Source of the DNA: Sphaerodactylus townsendi
Lineage: Eukaryota
Length of the DNA stretch: 64,000 bases
Assembly: GCF_021028975.2 (NCBI RefSeq)
Contig: NC_059425.1
Coordinates: forward strand, 192,076,001 to 192,140,000
Reading direction: 5' to 3'
A model generated the notes under the pieces. The model did not search any database and was not told the DNA's origin. It was given only the letters and a program-made list of their open reading frames with translations. Positions within the stretch are counted from its first letter, which is position 1; each line of letters begins with the position of its first letter. Of this stretch, positions 13,601-25,300 are shown piece by piece. Made by a program: the position numbers and the translations under genes.

Positions 13601-16600
13601 AGTTGCTCCTGAGGGCCAAAGCAGCCTCAGCAAACAGAGAGGCACACAAGCCGCAGGCGGGGAGGGCGGAGGACTGAGATACAAGTCAGAGATCTGCACA
13701 AAGTTGCGGGACCCCATCCTTTGGAACTAACCCATAATGCTCAGGAATAGAGAAACCCTTCAGCCTTGCTGGGAAAGGGCTTTGGGTTGGAACTCGCTGA
13801 ATTGCTAATGCAACAATCTTGCAGAAAGAAGTTTTGCCATGCTCCTCTCCCCCCCACCCCCCACCTGCTCCATCCTGCCTCCAAGACGCCATCCCAGAAG
13901 GAACATTTGGGCATATGCAGTTGCAAAATTCAATAAAAAATGCTTCCCATCCTCTGCTTGCCAGAAGCCTCAGCCGTGGGGCTGCCCCGCCAGGGCCAAC
14001 CAGGAGGAGGACTCTGGTCTGTGACTCTGGTCTGTTCAACAGGATATAAACAGAAGGTAGAACAGGCTGTCCAGAGCAGACAACTGAATATTTCTGTTTC
14101 ATTTGTTTTAAGGTGAAACAAACATCTAATTGTAACTTGAATTTCCAGATTACAGAGCTCTTTATAGAACTATGGTTGCAATATTAAGCACATTTCACTG
14201 AGGAATAAATCAAGTTAATTTCACTGGGACGGCAGAGAATACGCATCTGCATCCTGCTGGAGACACCTCCCCAGACTCAAAACACATAATCCTGGTAAAA
14301 GGAACAAAAAAAGCCCCCAAACAAACAGAAAACCTCTGACAACAGCTGGTGGCCAGAGTGCCACTTAAATTGCCCTCTTCTAGCATGAAGCCAGCTTTAA
14401 ATTAATCTTGATCAGAATCAAACAACTTTTTAAAGCTGTATAACTCTGTGGTATTAACAGCACACTGCAACATTTATCTCAGAACTACAAAGACATCACT
14501 CTTAAAACTTCAGTTTTTTCCTCCCCTTCCCCAGCTGGACTTGTGACTGCTCATTTTTGCCTTGATCAAAAACCTATACTTAAAAAACGAAAAATGAACA
14601 GTAATGAACCAAAGTAGACTAAGAACAGCAAACACAAGTTGCATCAGCACAGTGTACAGACAATTATGAAACTATGTCATTTGGAGTTAAATTGATAAAT
14701 CCAAACATTTTACTGCTTACCTTTTGCCAATAGAAATGTGATCCAGCATAATTTCAGAACAGATGAAGAACTTAATTCGGAAGAATTTCTACAAACAGAT
14801 TCAAGAAAACAGTAATGAAAATTCCCTAGTTGCAGTTTCAGAACAATTGTCAGACACACGATCAAGAAAAATAATACTTGAAAATACCTGAACTAAAGAA
14901 GCTGCCGTGCTTTACAGCAAAAGGTTTTCTATGCAGGAAATCTCTAGCACTTAAAGCACTCCCAAGAAAGGAGAAAGCGTGACCAACAAACCTTCTGCCT
15001 CTTGAACTCTGATTGGTAGTAAGAACTTACAATATCTGATAGCAATTATTACTACTACCCTGTTTCCCCGAATATAAGACATCCCCTGAAAATAAGACGT
15101 AATAGAGGTTTTGCTGACGTGTGAAATATAAGGCATCCCCTGAAAGTAAGACGTAGCAAAGTTTTTGTTCGGAAGCATGCCCAACGAACAGAACACAGAA
15201 AAATAAGACATCCCCTGAAAACAAGACATAGCGCATCTTTGGGAGCAAAAATTAATATAAGATACTGTCTTATTTTCGGGGGAACACGGTACTACTACTC
15301 CATCAACTGATACAGGCATGTATGCAGCCTGTATTGGCTGCCGTACCAACTGGGCAAGGGGTTGCATACAGATATGACATAACCTTGGGAACCAGATCGC
15401 TCCCGGAAGGACTCCACACAACAAAGAATGTCCTGGAGACACACTCTCCCCTAATGCTGCCCTCTGTCCCCAGCCTTGGAGAGAGGAGACCACTGACAGA
15501 CTGTCCCACACAGCCCAAAACCAACAAGGCAGTGGGACAAAAGGATGTGACCAACTGTGTCAAACTATGCTGTCAGAGCGAATAAAAACAGCAGCACCGA
15601 CCTCTGGCCTCCATCTAAAGATCTGCCATTCTCCTTTAGTCCGGGTTTGTTGTATCGGCGAAGTTTCAAACAGGGTTTCAAACATGGAGCCTGCCGTCAC
15701 TCAGTGGTCCAGACACCTGTCCACGTGCTCATCAAGTGTTTTCTTAAAAGTGGGTGTGGCTATGTGGGGCTTTTGCTCAGCAAGGATTCTGATTGGCTCT
15801 GAAGATTGTTGTTAAAGCACTGCTTTGATATCAGCCGCCACTGCAGCCAAAGGATCTCTACGGCGTGACTGAAGGTAAGCTGTGGTAACCATTTGGTGAC
15901 CTTCTGCAGGGGCCGTCTTGAGACTGTGTCAGAATCCCACAGGTGCCTGCGCACTAAGAAAAGGCTGAGGACCTCTGATTGAAAACATGATGCTATTCAT
16001 TATTTCCTGGAGCTGGTGTCCACACCCCAAACATAATTGGATGCAAGTCTCATTCGTTTTAGTTGACAGTTGCACTGAATTTAGGATCATGGCCCAAGAT
16101 TTTCTGTTTATTAATGTCAGATCCCTGGATCAGGACCCAATAAACACTTGGTTGGTTCAAGGATTTTATTGGCAGACATCAGAGAACAATGAAGAAGATG
16201 AAACTGGCAAAAAGGCGCCAAGCGGTTGGTCATACGCCTCACTCCTCCCAACCCCCGTGTGAGAACACTGCAAAGTAGAGAAGCCCAGGCCTGAGGCCCC
16301 TCCCAGCAGCAGACTCCCCAGGTCAGGCTGGCACAGTCCAGCAGCGCCTGCAAAAGTGAAAGCAGCTCAGAAAACACCCCCCCCCTCCAAGCCAGCATGG
16401 ACAATTAATTCAAATGAAAGGACATTTCCACTGCAGTGCCACTGAGAAGCTCACATAGCAACTCTTACTCATTGAACAAAACAAACTTACTGATCACCAG
16501 GCTGGTCAACACAGATCTGTCCCCAAGTCCTAAAAACAAACAGAACCATGCATACCATCACTGGGAAATGTCTTTCCAAATCTGTAAGCGGTTTAAAAAA

Positions 16601-19600
16601 ATATTCAGTAAATACACACATGAATGCTTGAAAAGAAACCCCCCCCCCCCCCGGGAAAAAAAAATCAAGGTGACCAAAGGAAACACATGGAGGGCAGCGG
16701 TTCATTAGCAGGGCCCAAATCTGGGATAATACAGCACCAGCCTCCTTTATCACACCCACTAACCTCCCAGAATTAACACAAAAACCAAGCTGAATAGGAT
16801 GGTTTCAAGTTAGCATGTTCAGAAGCAAAAAAACAAAAGAATAGGATTGTTAAAAGTCTCATCTGCATATTATGCCAGGATTCGTCCACAGCACGCCGAA
16901 GTCTACGGAAGTTACTAGTCCACAAAAATGTAATAATCCATGCTGTTTACATCTTTGGTGGAGAATACAAGATGGTCAGGCCCTGAGCAGACTGTTATCA
17001 TACATGAATTGTGAACAGGCTTCCTTCCTAGAGACCTGCCACTCTTTGGGCACTGCCTTTTAGAACATTCATAAGGGATTTGACATTACAGCAGCAGGCA
17101 ATAGACTGGTATGGCATAGGGCAGTGGTGGCGAACCTTTGGCACTCCAGATGTTATGGACTACAATTCCCATCAGCCCCTACAATTGGCCATGCTGACAG
17201 GGGATAATGGGAACTGTAGTCCATAACATCTGGAGTGCCAAAGGTTCACCACTAGGGGTATAGGGATTGTGTAAGGTGTCACCAAGCACACAGTTACAAC
17301 TAAGTGTGTGCATCAGTTATTCCAACTGAATAACCTGACATTCAAGGAAGACATTAAGCTGCAGTTCTAAACGCTGGAACCCATAAACTTTGTAACTCTA
17401 TTCTGGACTGGTTGCTGGTGAACAAAGCAACCTTCTAATCTGCACTAGGAGAAGTTTTCCTTTAAACATAAATATTTTTAAAGGTTAGACTTCAGTTATT
17501 CAGTTGAACTTATCCTGGTGCTGATGGCAATACTCAAGATGCTGTTCTATAATTGTTATACTCCTCTTTACAAAACATTAATAAGGCCTGAATCCAGTTT
17601 TACAATGTCCTCTAGTTAAATCACCAAGTATAAAACTAGGTTGGAGATCACCTTATTTTATCATGTCATGATACTCTGATATTGTACAAGTATGTACAAG
17701 AATGAGTAATTTCTGTCTGATTTTGATAAGTTTATATCATTTGATAAGTTCATTCTTGGAGCCTGCCCCTGTAAGAAGTTAAGGGGGCCCTACACCTTCC
17801 TACCAAAACCATGATGTAGGTAACAAGTGCTTGACTAAGTAAATATCAAGACTTGTAAAATAAAGGGCATATTCTAATGACAAACAACACATGCTTTACC
17901 TTTCAAACTTCTGGTACAGGGCAAACAATATGTCATATTTCTTCTTTAAGCGTAACAGAATACTGTGTACTTTTGTGCTAATTGCATCCATGCTGTCCTC
18001 CATTCCTTCAACCAGAAGAACAAATTTACACATGCTGTAAAGGGAGAGACAAAAAGCAACAGCTTTCATTTTTAAACTGTTACTTTCAGATTTGCCCGAC
18101 CCTCGTTTGGATTCAGAGGCAACGTCTCACTGTGATGTAACTAAAAACCCATAAGGCTGGGCCAAACAGCAACAGCGTGAAATTGTATGTGACAGTGTGG
18201 TTCACCGAACTGCTATTAACATTCTTTGGCCAAAGCCGAGCTCGAACAGTGACTGTTCTGGAGCAAAATGACTGACAAACTCATTGACTATAATTCAAAC
18301 GACAAGCAATATTTTCATAGGCATAGACTGTCATCAAGTTACATACTGACAGAAGGCATTTCAACCACAGAAGAGGGAGATGGCAATTTGAGCCAATTAT
18401 CCCGTCACTGCAGACACTTGGTTGGATCCAGTCCCCTGAAGATGCCACAGAACAAGGGCCTTTCCTGTGTTCCCTGCTCCCAACCAACCTTTTGACTCTA
18501 GGAAAGTCTGCTCCTGGGGCTGGGGGGACCTGCACAGGCCTCTGTTGAAGGCAGCAGCAGCAGGAGGGAGCTGAACTGATGGAAGAGGCCGAAGGAGCAA
18601 CTGTATCCCTCTCCTCCTCCACTGCAGCTTCGTGTGTGTCAAGCGTCGTCAAGTCACAGCCAACTTATGGCGGCCCAGCAGGGTCTTCAGGAGGCAGTTT
18701 TCATTTCCTGCCTCTGCAAAGCAGCCCAGGACGTCTTTGGTGGCATCCCATCCAAGTAACAACTAGGGCTGACCCTGCTGAGCTTCTGAGATCTGATGAG
18801 ATCAGGTTGGCTGGAATGTGACTCTCCTGCAATCTTAATCATAAATTTCCTGGGGTTGGAAAGCACTGTCGAGAGAAGGGGACTGTGAGAAAGCTAATCT
18901 GGGGAACAGGGTTTGATTCCCCGCTCTGCCACTTGAGCTGTGGAGGCTTATCTGGTGAACCAGATTAGCTTGTGAACTCCCAACACATGCCAGCTGGGCT
19001 AGTCCCAGTTCTTCAGAGCTCTCTCAGCCCCACCCACCTCACAAGGTGTTTGTTGTTGTGGGGAGGAGGGCAAGGAGATGGTATGCCCCTTTGAGTCTCC
19101 TGCAGGAGAGAAAGGGGGGATATAGATCCAAACTCTTCTTCTTCTATGTAGCTGCCAATGCCTCCTGCTGATAGACCGGGGGATCCAATCTACTGAGCAC
19201 CCAGGGCACAACTTTAAGAGACATAGCAGGAGGCTGGAAAGTCTGCTTCAGCTGCTCCAGGATCTAGTGTTATTAAACAAATACTGTACATCTATTTAAC
19301 TGCATGACCGTAACCACCAGAAACCTACCTAATATCCAAACATTTCAGAAGTTCTGTAAAAGTGAACGTCATCTCATCCAAGTCGGCGGCTGTGCTGAAG
19401 ATACAGATCCCCCACAATTCTTTTTTAAGACGGCCTTCCTGAAAGAAAAAGTCTCCATGGGCACCGTGTAGCGGCTGACGTTGATCTGATGCATTACAAC
19501 ATAACTGCCTCTCTCCTGGGGCCCTTCTGTGTGCACGCTCAGTCAGCTGGTGGAATGACACCTGCAGGCATGGGACAGGCTACACCTGAATAAAAAAATC

Positions 19601-22551
19601 ACCCAGTGACAGAAGTCTCGGGCTTGCCTATGGGCAGAGGCTTTCACAGGATGCCTTTGCTTCTATGGGACATGGCAAGGTGGAAGGCAACACGCGGTAC
19701 CCTCTGACTCCCACAGGGATAATTAAGGGTTCTATCCTCTGAAATGGCAAGAAGAAGAAGAAGGAGGAGGAGGAGGAGGAGGAGGAGGAGGAAGAAAAGG
19801 AGGACGAGGTCTTGTCGAAGGCTTTCATGGCTGGAATCACTGGGGTGCTGTGGGGTTTCCGGGCTGTATGGTCGTGACCAGTAGCATTTTCTCCTGATGT
19901 TTCACCTACAGCTGTGGGGGGCATCTTCAGAGATCCTGAAGACTACAGATGTAGATGAAACATCAGGAGAAAATGCTACTGGACACGGCCACACAGCCCG
20001 GAAACCCCACAGCACCCCCCCCAAAAAAAAGAATGTGGATTTTTCCCATGTTCCTCTCCATCTTGCAGTCCCTTTTGATCTCCAGAAAGATTATTTCTGG
20101 AGACATGGAATGTCTGTGAGCAGAAAATAATGTGGGTTATGAGAAGGAAATATGTGAATTTGCAGAGCTGGGTTGACAAGAGTAGCAGAAGGTCTCAAAC
20201 TGGGATACTGAGGAGTTCTAGCTTGGATTTGGTCCTCTTCAACATTTTTATCAGTTTATTGTCGAAGGCTTTCACGGCCAGAATCACTGGGGTGCTGTGT
20301 GGTTTCCGGGCTGTCTGGCCGTGTTCTAGCAGCATTCTCTCCTGACGTTTCGCCTGCATCTGTGGCTGGCAGATCTTCTGAAGATGCCAGCCACAGACGC
20401 AGGCGAAACGTCAGGAGAGATTTTTATCAGTTACTTGGAGGAAAGGGTGACAAGAATTTTTATCAAATCTCTATGACACAAAACGAGAAGGAACAGAAAG
20501 CACCCCAAAACACAGAAATGCAGTTCAAAATGACCCTGATAGGCTGGAAAGTTGGGCTGAAAATGGCAAAATAAAATCCAACAGTTAACAACTGCAAAGT
20601 TTTCTACTTCAACAAAAAGAATCGAGGCACACAAGTAGGATGAGGGAGATTCGATTTGGCAACAGTCCATGAGAAAAGCATCCGGGATTGTGGTCAATTA
20701 CCGGCTGAAAGACGGGTGATGCAGCTCCACCAGAGGCCGAGGCAATTTTGAGCGGCAGCAGCAGAAGGAGGCCCCCTTTGCTCCCTCCTCAGGAGCCCCG
20801 TGTCCCATTCTGGGGCAGGGCACTTTGAGAACAAGGCACACACACTGGACAGGTTCAGAAGGAAAAAGGACAGGATGCCCGGAAAGAAGTCCTTGTGGTT
20901 TCTGGTCCACCTTGTGTGTCGGAAACACAGCCCTTAAGGCTGCAGGACTACTGTGGGGAGCCTGTGGCTCCTTTTTCTACCTGGTTTTAGAAGAGGCTGC
21001 AGGATGTCTGCACGTTTTGGGGGTGGTGCTGGTTGGTTGACATTTAAAAAATGTCTCGTGAAGGTTACTGTACATGCTTTACCTGCTAATTCTGTATTTC
21101 AAGAGACCCCTCCTTAAAGTTACCCAGGAAGCTTCCCTAGCAGAGCGGGGAGCTGAGCCGGGGTCTGCCAAACCCTCGTTCGCCCTGGTCCATCACTCTT
21201 ACAACAACATCACACCGGCTCAGATTGAATGAGGATTATCTTGAACACAAATGAACGCTGGGGTAAAACAGGCACAAAGACTTGCTTTTGATCGTATACT
21301 CTGAGAGGGCAAAGTGTTTTTTGTCTATCACATCAACTCTCCAGAATGGCTGTTATACCGTTTTCTTAAAAAGCGATGTACTCACCACAATTCCGCATGT
21401 GCATAGCACTTTTTCGTACAGCTGCCAAGCTGCGGCTCTGATGCTGTCCGTCACCCGTAAAGCACAGCACATGGCAACGAACTCTGGTTCAGCAGAAGGC
21501 ACCCTGAGAAAGGAAAAGAGACCTCCAGACATTGGGTATCAGGATGACTATATAGGCAATGTATATTTTTAGAATGTTGGGTCCCTTGGGCCTGATGTTC
21601 ATAATGTGAATTCAGCAAAGCACATAAACATTTTAGCACATAATCTGATTTGTCAGCTGCAGTGTTCCGTCCATACCGAACAAATATGAGTTACCCAAAC
21701 ACTGTACAGCGGGACTATACAAGCTCTTACGTGACACTGAAGGCATGCGTTCCAAGGATCCCAATCATTTCCTTCAACAGTACAACACAGCCCTCCAAAA
21801 ACATATATATACACACACATACCCCAGTAAGTACGTATTTCTAGAGATATGCTCCCTCCCACACATTAAACCTATCACTATGCAGTGAAAGTATGGCTTC
21901 AATGTTCATAACATTGCCAACAACACTAGGAACACAACCCTCCCACAGACCCCACCAAACATCCACATGCAAATGAGGGGGAGGGAGAACCAATCCTAAC
22001 AGGTCAGAACAGACATTACTGGGAAAGCGGCAGATCCTGGAAAGAGGAGTGCCCCATAACTGAAAGTCGCAAGGCTTCTGTATCCAGGCAGCACCAGCAC
22101 CACTGTGTCCCTGCCCACCAGCCTCAAACGACTGCGACGTGCAGATCGCCAGACACTCTGCTTCAGGCATCAGGTACTCCACAGCAGCTTCTCTCCGCAG
22201 GCAAGCCCCTGGCCTCGAAGAGGTCACCCTCCATTGGCTCCAACCTGACAGCACTTTACACACACACACACACGCACGCACGCACACACGCACAAGAGTT
22301 GCACTGTCCAATACATTTCACAAACTCATTTATTTATATTTACACCCCACCCTTCCCAACAGGGCTCAGGGTGGCGAACAGCAATAAAAGATTACAATAA
22401 AAAATTACCCCCTCCAGGGGTAGGGCGGTTTATCAAATTGAATAATAATAATAATAACAACAACAACAACAACTTGGGAAGTGTCCGATGTGTGATGTAA
22501 TACAAAATCCAGCATATTGATCTTGTTTGCTGTGTATAACTGTTTTGTATC

Positions 22552-22589
<38 letters not shown>

Positions 22590-23981
22590 AATAAAACATC
22601 AATCAAGCATTAAAAGATTAAAACAACTGACAGATGGCGCTAAAAAACCTACCACACAACTACAACCGTGGGTACATTATTAGGGATTTTGGTCTATACT
22701 ACTTCATATGGCTTGCTGAAACTAGGATTCTACCATATAATTTCTGCATCACTGAACGTGTCATGCTTTAGTTCTGTTTGTACACTTCTGGTTGGTTGCA
22801 CAACCCTAATTCCTGCTGTATTGTTCACTGCACGTTCCATCCTGTCAACTGTGTAATGCACCTTGAGTCCAAGTGAGAAAGGAGGACTATAAATAATGCA
22901 AGTACAGACCATGCCCCAGAAAAAGGGGACCTTGGAGCAGGAACCTGGGACGGGGGGGGGGGGGTAGGCATAAATGAGTTTTCACTGCTTTGTGCCACTA
23001 AGCTGCAAACTACCCCCCCTTGCTAACACAGAAGGAAGCCGACACTTGGAGGCCCTCGGAAAAGAGCAGCCCCAAAGGAAGTTGGGAACACTGGAAGGAG
23101 GGAAACCAATCCAAGAGGAGCCCCCCCCCGGTCCTGGGGCACGGCTGACCCCTCCTCCCCCTTCCGACCAGCTGCAGGCCCTCGCTGGTGCTCTCACGTG
23201 GCGGCCTTGGCCAGCCTCCCTCTGTGCGCGTGCGTGGGGGATGCTGTCAGGTGTCAGCCACCTGGGTCTTTCACGCCGTGTCATGTTTTATATCGACTGA
23301 GACACTTTTTTGAAAGGGGGCGTGGCCTCTGAGTGCAATATTCGAGCCCCCCCCCCCGCCCTCGAGGGAGACGCCGGGCTCTGCAGGGCGACAGCGCAGC
23401 CCCCCGCCTCAGCCCACGGGATGCAGCAGCGAATGTGGGCTGGAGCGGCTGCCCCGGCGACCCCCAACCGCCCTCCCTCCCTCGCCGGCGGCCTCGCCCC
23501 GTGGCCTCCCTCGCAGGGTCCGTCCAGGACCTCCAGCGGGGCGTCCGGCCCCTCTTCTCCCCGCCACCTCCCCCGCCCGCCCGCCCGCCCGCCCAGGGAC
23601 CCGAGTTCAGCCCCGGGGGCTGCCGGGGGGCGGTCCCGCCTTGGAGCGATCCGGAACCCACTAGGGAGGGGGGGTGTCTCTGGTGGCCCCCCCACGGACT
23701 CCGCCCAGCCGGGGGGGAGGGAGGGGCGGGCTGGGCGGGTGCTGCTGCTGTCCAGTCTGGCCTGACACCAACCCCCCCCCCCGCCCGGCCCAAGAGGCGA
23801 GACCGAGTTCCCTCCCGAGGCCCCCCAGCAGGTGCCCCCACCCCACCGGCGAGCGGTTGCCAACGTCCCTCCCTCCCTCCCTCGCGCCCCCGCCCCCCCG
23901 CCCCCCCTCGGAGGCTGACCTGTCCGGGCTGGCGGGGGGCGGGGCGGGGTCGGCTTTTTTCGGGGCGCGGGTGGCCGCCAT
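1478..23981 (-). CDS. RB1: Retinoblastoma protein gene, exons 1-17 (partial; continues beyond window start)
   Basis: 17 GT-AG exons in consistent phase encoding the RbN domain and pocket A; most exon sizes equal human RB1 (39, 68, 111, 78, 78, 88, 117, 57, 32, 77 nt). Confidence 0.98.
3033..3623. mobile_element. Non-autonomous PIF/Harbinger-like element (spans the gap)
   Basis: Imperfect TIRs GGCCCTTTCCGCA...TGCAGAAAGGGCC, 3-bp TSD TTG. Confidence 0.7.
3334..3512. other. Assembly gap (179 N)
   Basis: Run of N inside a MITE in RB1 intron 16. Confidence 1.
3862..3938 (-). CDS. RB1: RB1 exon 16
   Basis: 77 nt, [25 protein letters not shown]. Confidence 0.97.
4019..4050 (-). CDS. RB1: RB1 exon 15
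   Basis: 32 nt, [10 protein letters not shown]. Confidence 0.96.
4143..4199 (-). CDS. RB1: RB1 exon 14
   Basis: 57 nt, [19 protein letters not shown]. Confidence 0.97.
5157..5273 (-). CDS. RB1: RB1 exon 13
   Basis: 117 nt, [39 protein letters not shown]. Confidence 0.97.
6038..6180. mobile_element. Harbinger-like MITE
   Basis: About 38-bp TIRs GGCCCCTTCCGCACATGCAGAATAATGCACTTTCAATC, 3-bp TSD AAG. Confidence 0.8.
6451..6538 (-). CDS. RB1: RB1 exon 12
   Basis: 88 nt, [29 protein letters not shown]. Confidence 0.97.
7639..7716 (-). CDS. RB1: RB1 exon 11
   Basis: 78 nt, [25 protein letters not shown] (T356/T373-equivalent CDK sites). Confidence 0.95.
9180..9286 (-). CDS. RB1: RB1 exon 10
   Basis: [35 protein letters not shown]. 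Confidence 0.96.
9549..9694. mobile_element. Palindromic hAT MITE
   Basis: CAGTGGTGGCGAACC...CCACCACTG near-perfect palindrome, 8-bp TSD GCCTACAG/GCCTACAC. Confidence 0.88.
9771..9848 (-). CDS. RB1: RB1 exon 9
   Basis: 78 nt, [26 protein letters not shown]. Confidence 0.97.
10314..11344 (-). mobile_element. CR1 LINE 3' fragment
   Basis: RT C-terminal ORF ([12 protein letters not shown]...[13 protein letters not shown]), 3' UTR and short tandem tail. Confidence 0.95.
12026..12171 (-). CDS. RB1: RB1 exon 8
   Basis: [48 protein letters not shown]. Confidence 0.97.
12898..13043. mobile_element. Palindromic hAT MITE
   Basis: Same family, perfect 8-bp TSD CTATAGGT. Confidence 0.9.
13279..13389 (-). 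CDS. RB1: RB1 exon 7
   Basis: 111 nt, [36 protein letters not shown]. Confidence 0.97.
14721..14788 (-). CDS. RB1: RB1 exon 6
   Basis: 68 nt, [22 protein letters not shown]. Confidence 0.96.
15058..15289. mobile_element. Tc1/mariner (pogo/Tigger-like) MITE
   Basis: TIRs CCCTGTTTCCCCGAATATAAGAC...GTCTTATTTTCGGGGGAACACGG, TA flanks, internal AAAATAAGACATCCCCTG repeats. Confidence 0.78.
16491..16529 (-). CDS. RB1: RB1 exon 5
   Basis: 39-nt exon [12 protein letters not shown]; tttag/gtaag boundaries, correct phase. Confidence 0.88.
17122..17257. mobile_element. Palindromic hAT MITE
   Basis: Same family, TSD GCATAGGG/GTATAGGG. Confidence 0.82.
17900..18034 (-). CDS. RB1: RB1 exon 4
   Basis: [44 protein letters not shown]. 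Confidence 0.95.
18890..19146 (+). mobile_element. Squam3-like SINE, 5' truncated
   Basis: Aligns to 27671-27984, CTT tail. Confidence 0.8.
19329..19438 (-). CDS. RB1: RB1 exon 3
   Basis: [36 protein letters not shown]. Confidence 0.96.
19810..20020. mobile_element. Penelope-like element remnant (inverted arrangement)
   Basis: TTGTCGAAGGCTTTCA terminus, inverted repeat arms, degraded CTGAAGA..GAAAC. Confidence 0.7.
20258..20420. mobile_element. Penelope-like element remnant with hammerhead core
   Basis: ATTGTCGAAGGCTTTCACGGCC terminus; CTGAAGA-stem-GAAACGTC; flanked by duplicated ATTTTTATCAGTT. Confidence 0.75.
21386..21503 (-). CDS. RB1: RB1 exon 2
   Basis: [39 protein letters not shown]; ctcag acceptor, gtgag donor. 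Confidence 0.9.
22552..22590. repeat. (AAT)n microsatellite
   Basis: Directly visible; other microsatellites at 3771-3794 (CA) and 19749-19808 (GAA/GAG). Confidence 0.9.
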
Positions 23982-24480
23982 GACGGGCGCCGGGCAGGGG
24001 ACGCTGCGGGCGGGGTCCGACACGCCCATCGCCCCGCCCACACTCTCCCACGGCGGGAAAACGCCGCTCGCCCCGCCCCCGAGCTCTCGTCACTTCCTGT
24101 TTCTTTCCGGGAGGAAGGGGAGACACCGCGTCGGCCTCGCGGCTCACTTCCGCGTTCCCCCCCCCGAAGGCGTCTTCTCCCTCCAACTCCGGGGCGGGGG
24201 ATTCCGGGAGTTGTGAAGCGGGCGGAGCTTGTGGAGGAAAGGGGGAGGGGCGGACCACAGGCTCCACCTCCTTCTCGACAGCCATTTCTTCCAAGAAATA
24301 GGGAGGGAGGGACCGGGAGACCTGCAAGCCCTTCCTCCTCCCGGGGATTGGCAGCCTTTGGAGGGGCGCTTTGGAGACCCAGAAGGAGTTTTCCATGGGA
24401 ACGGCGGGGGGTTTGTGTGTGTCAGAGGTGCCCCCGACAGGGAGACTGAGTCGGTCCCGCCGGGAGGTTGGCACTGGCTG
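23100..24480 (-). promoter_or_regulatory. RB1 promoter CpG island with ETS/CRE composite, GC box and E2F site
   Basis: Very GC/CpG rich. Minus strand GGAAGTGACG (24088-24097), GGGGGCGGGG (24071-24080), TTTTCCCGCC (24052-24061), second GCGGAAGTG (24145-24153). Island boundaries approximate. Confidence 0.85.
23920..23981 (-). CDS. RB1: RB1 exon 1 coding part ([21 protein letters not shown])
   Basis: ATG in cgtcATGg context inside a CpG island, downstream of ETS/CRE/E2F motifs; donor AG|gtcagc in phase 2 matches exon 2; sequence is divergent; an in-frame upstream ATG exists at 24027-24029. Confidence 0.8.
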
Positions 24481-24987
24481 TAAGGAACCTGAAAGGACCA
24501 GACTTAAAGTAACTGTAACAGTTCTTTATTTCTTAAACTTCCACGATGCACAATACAGGAAATGCAGACTCTGACCTTTCCCCACCAGACCGCTGCTTTT
24601 ACGAGCTTCTCTGGCCCCCGCCCACAGCACAAAGTAAATTCCCCCAAAACTCCAACCTCCAATGTAGGTTCTCACGCGAACAGAAAGTAAGACTCCACAT
24701 GCATATAGTAAGCACAGATAGGCAGCAAGGTTAACGATAACAGCAATCCTGGGCACGCAGCCCAGTCCGAGGGATGTTACCAAGGCCAGGCTGGTGAACA
24801 GAAAACAGAAATCAATCCACAACCTTACAGGCACCTTTGCACCCTTGAGGTGAGGGGAAACGTCCGCCCGCCCTGGTTGCCCTCCGGGGATTCCAGCCGT
24901 CCTCTGCAGATCTCGCTTCCCATTTGATTGAGTTTGAAACTGGTTTGCAGGGGTGGTTTTTTCCTAATTAAAAGATATTAATCAAAA

Positions 24988-25300
24988 TCCTGGAGCACCT
25001 TCCCTATGAGGAGAGGCTGCAGCGTTTGGGACTCTTTAGTTTGGAGAGGAGACGGCTGAGGGGGGATAGGATTGAAGTCTATACAATTATGCATGGGGTA
25101 GAAAATGTTGACAGAGAGAAATTTTTCTCTCTTTTCTCACAATACTAGAACCAGGGGGCATTCATTGAAAATGCTGGGGGGAAGAATAAGGACAAATAAA
25201 AGGAAACACTTCTTCACACAGTGCGTGATTGGTGTTTGGAATATGCTGCCACAGGAGGTGGTGAGGGCCACTAACCTGGATAGCTTTCAAAGGGGCTTGG
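24988..25300 (+). mobile_element. CR1 LINE fragment
   Basis: [26 protein letters not shown]...TRGHSLK...FFTQ, near-identical to the other CR1 copies in the window. Confidence 0.92.

Noticed and set aside
23281-24474. Long ORFs (397, 251, 216 aa) over the RB1 5' end
   Set aside because: Low-complexity G/P/R/A frames expected in a CpG island; only 23920-23981 fits the RB1 splice structure.
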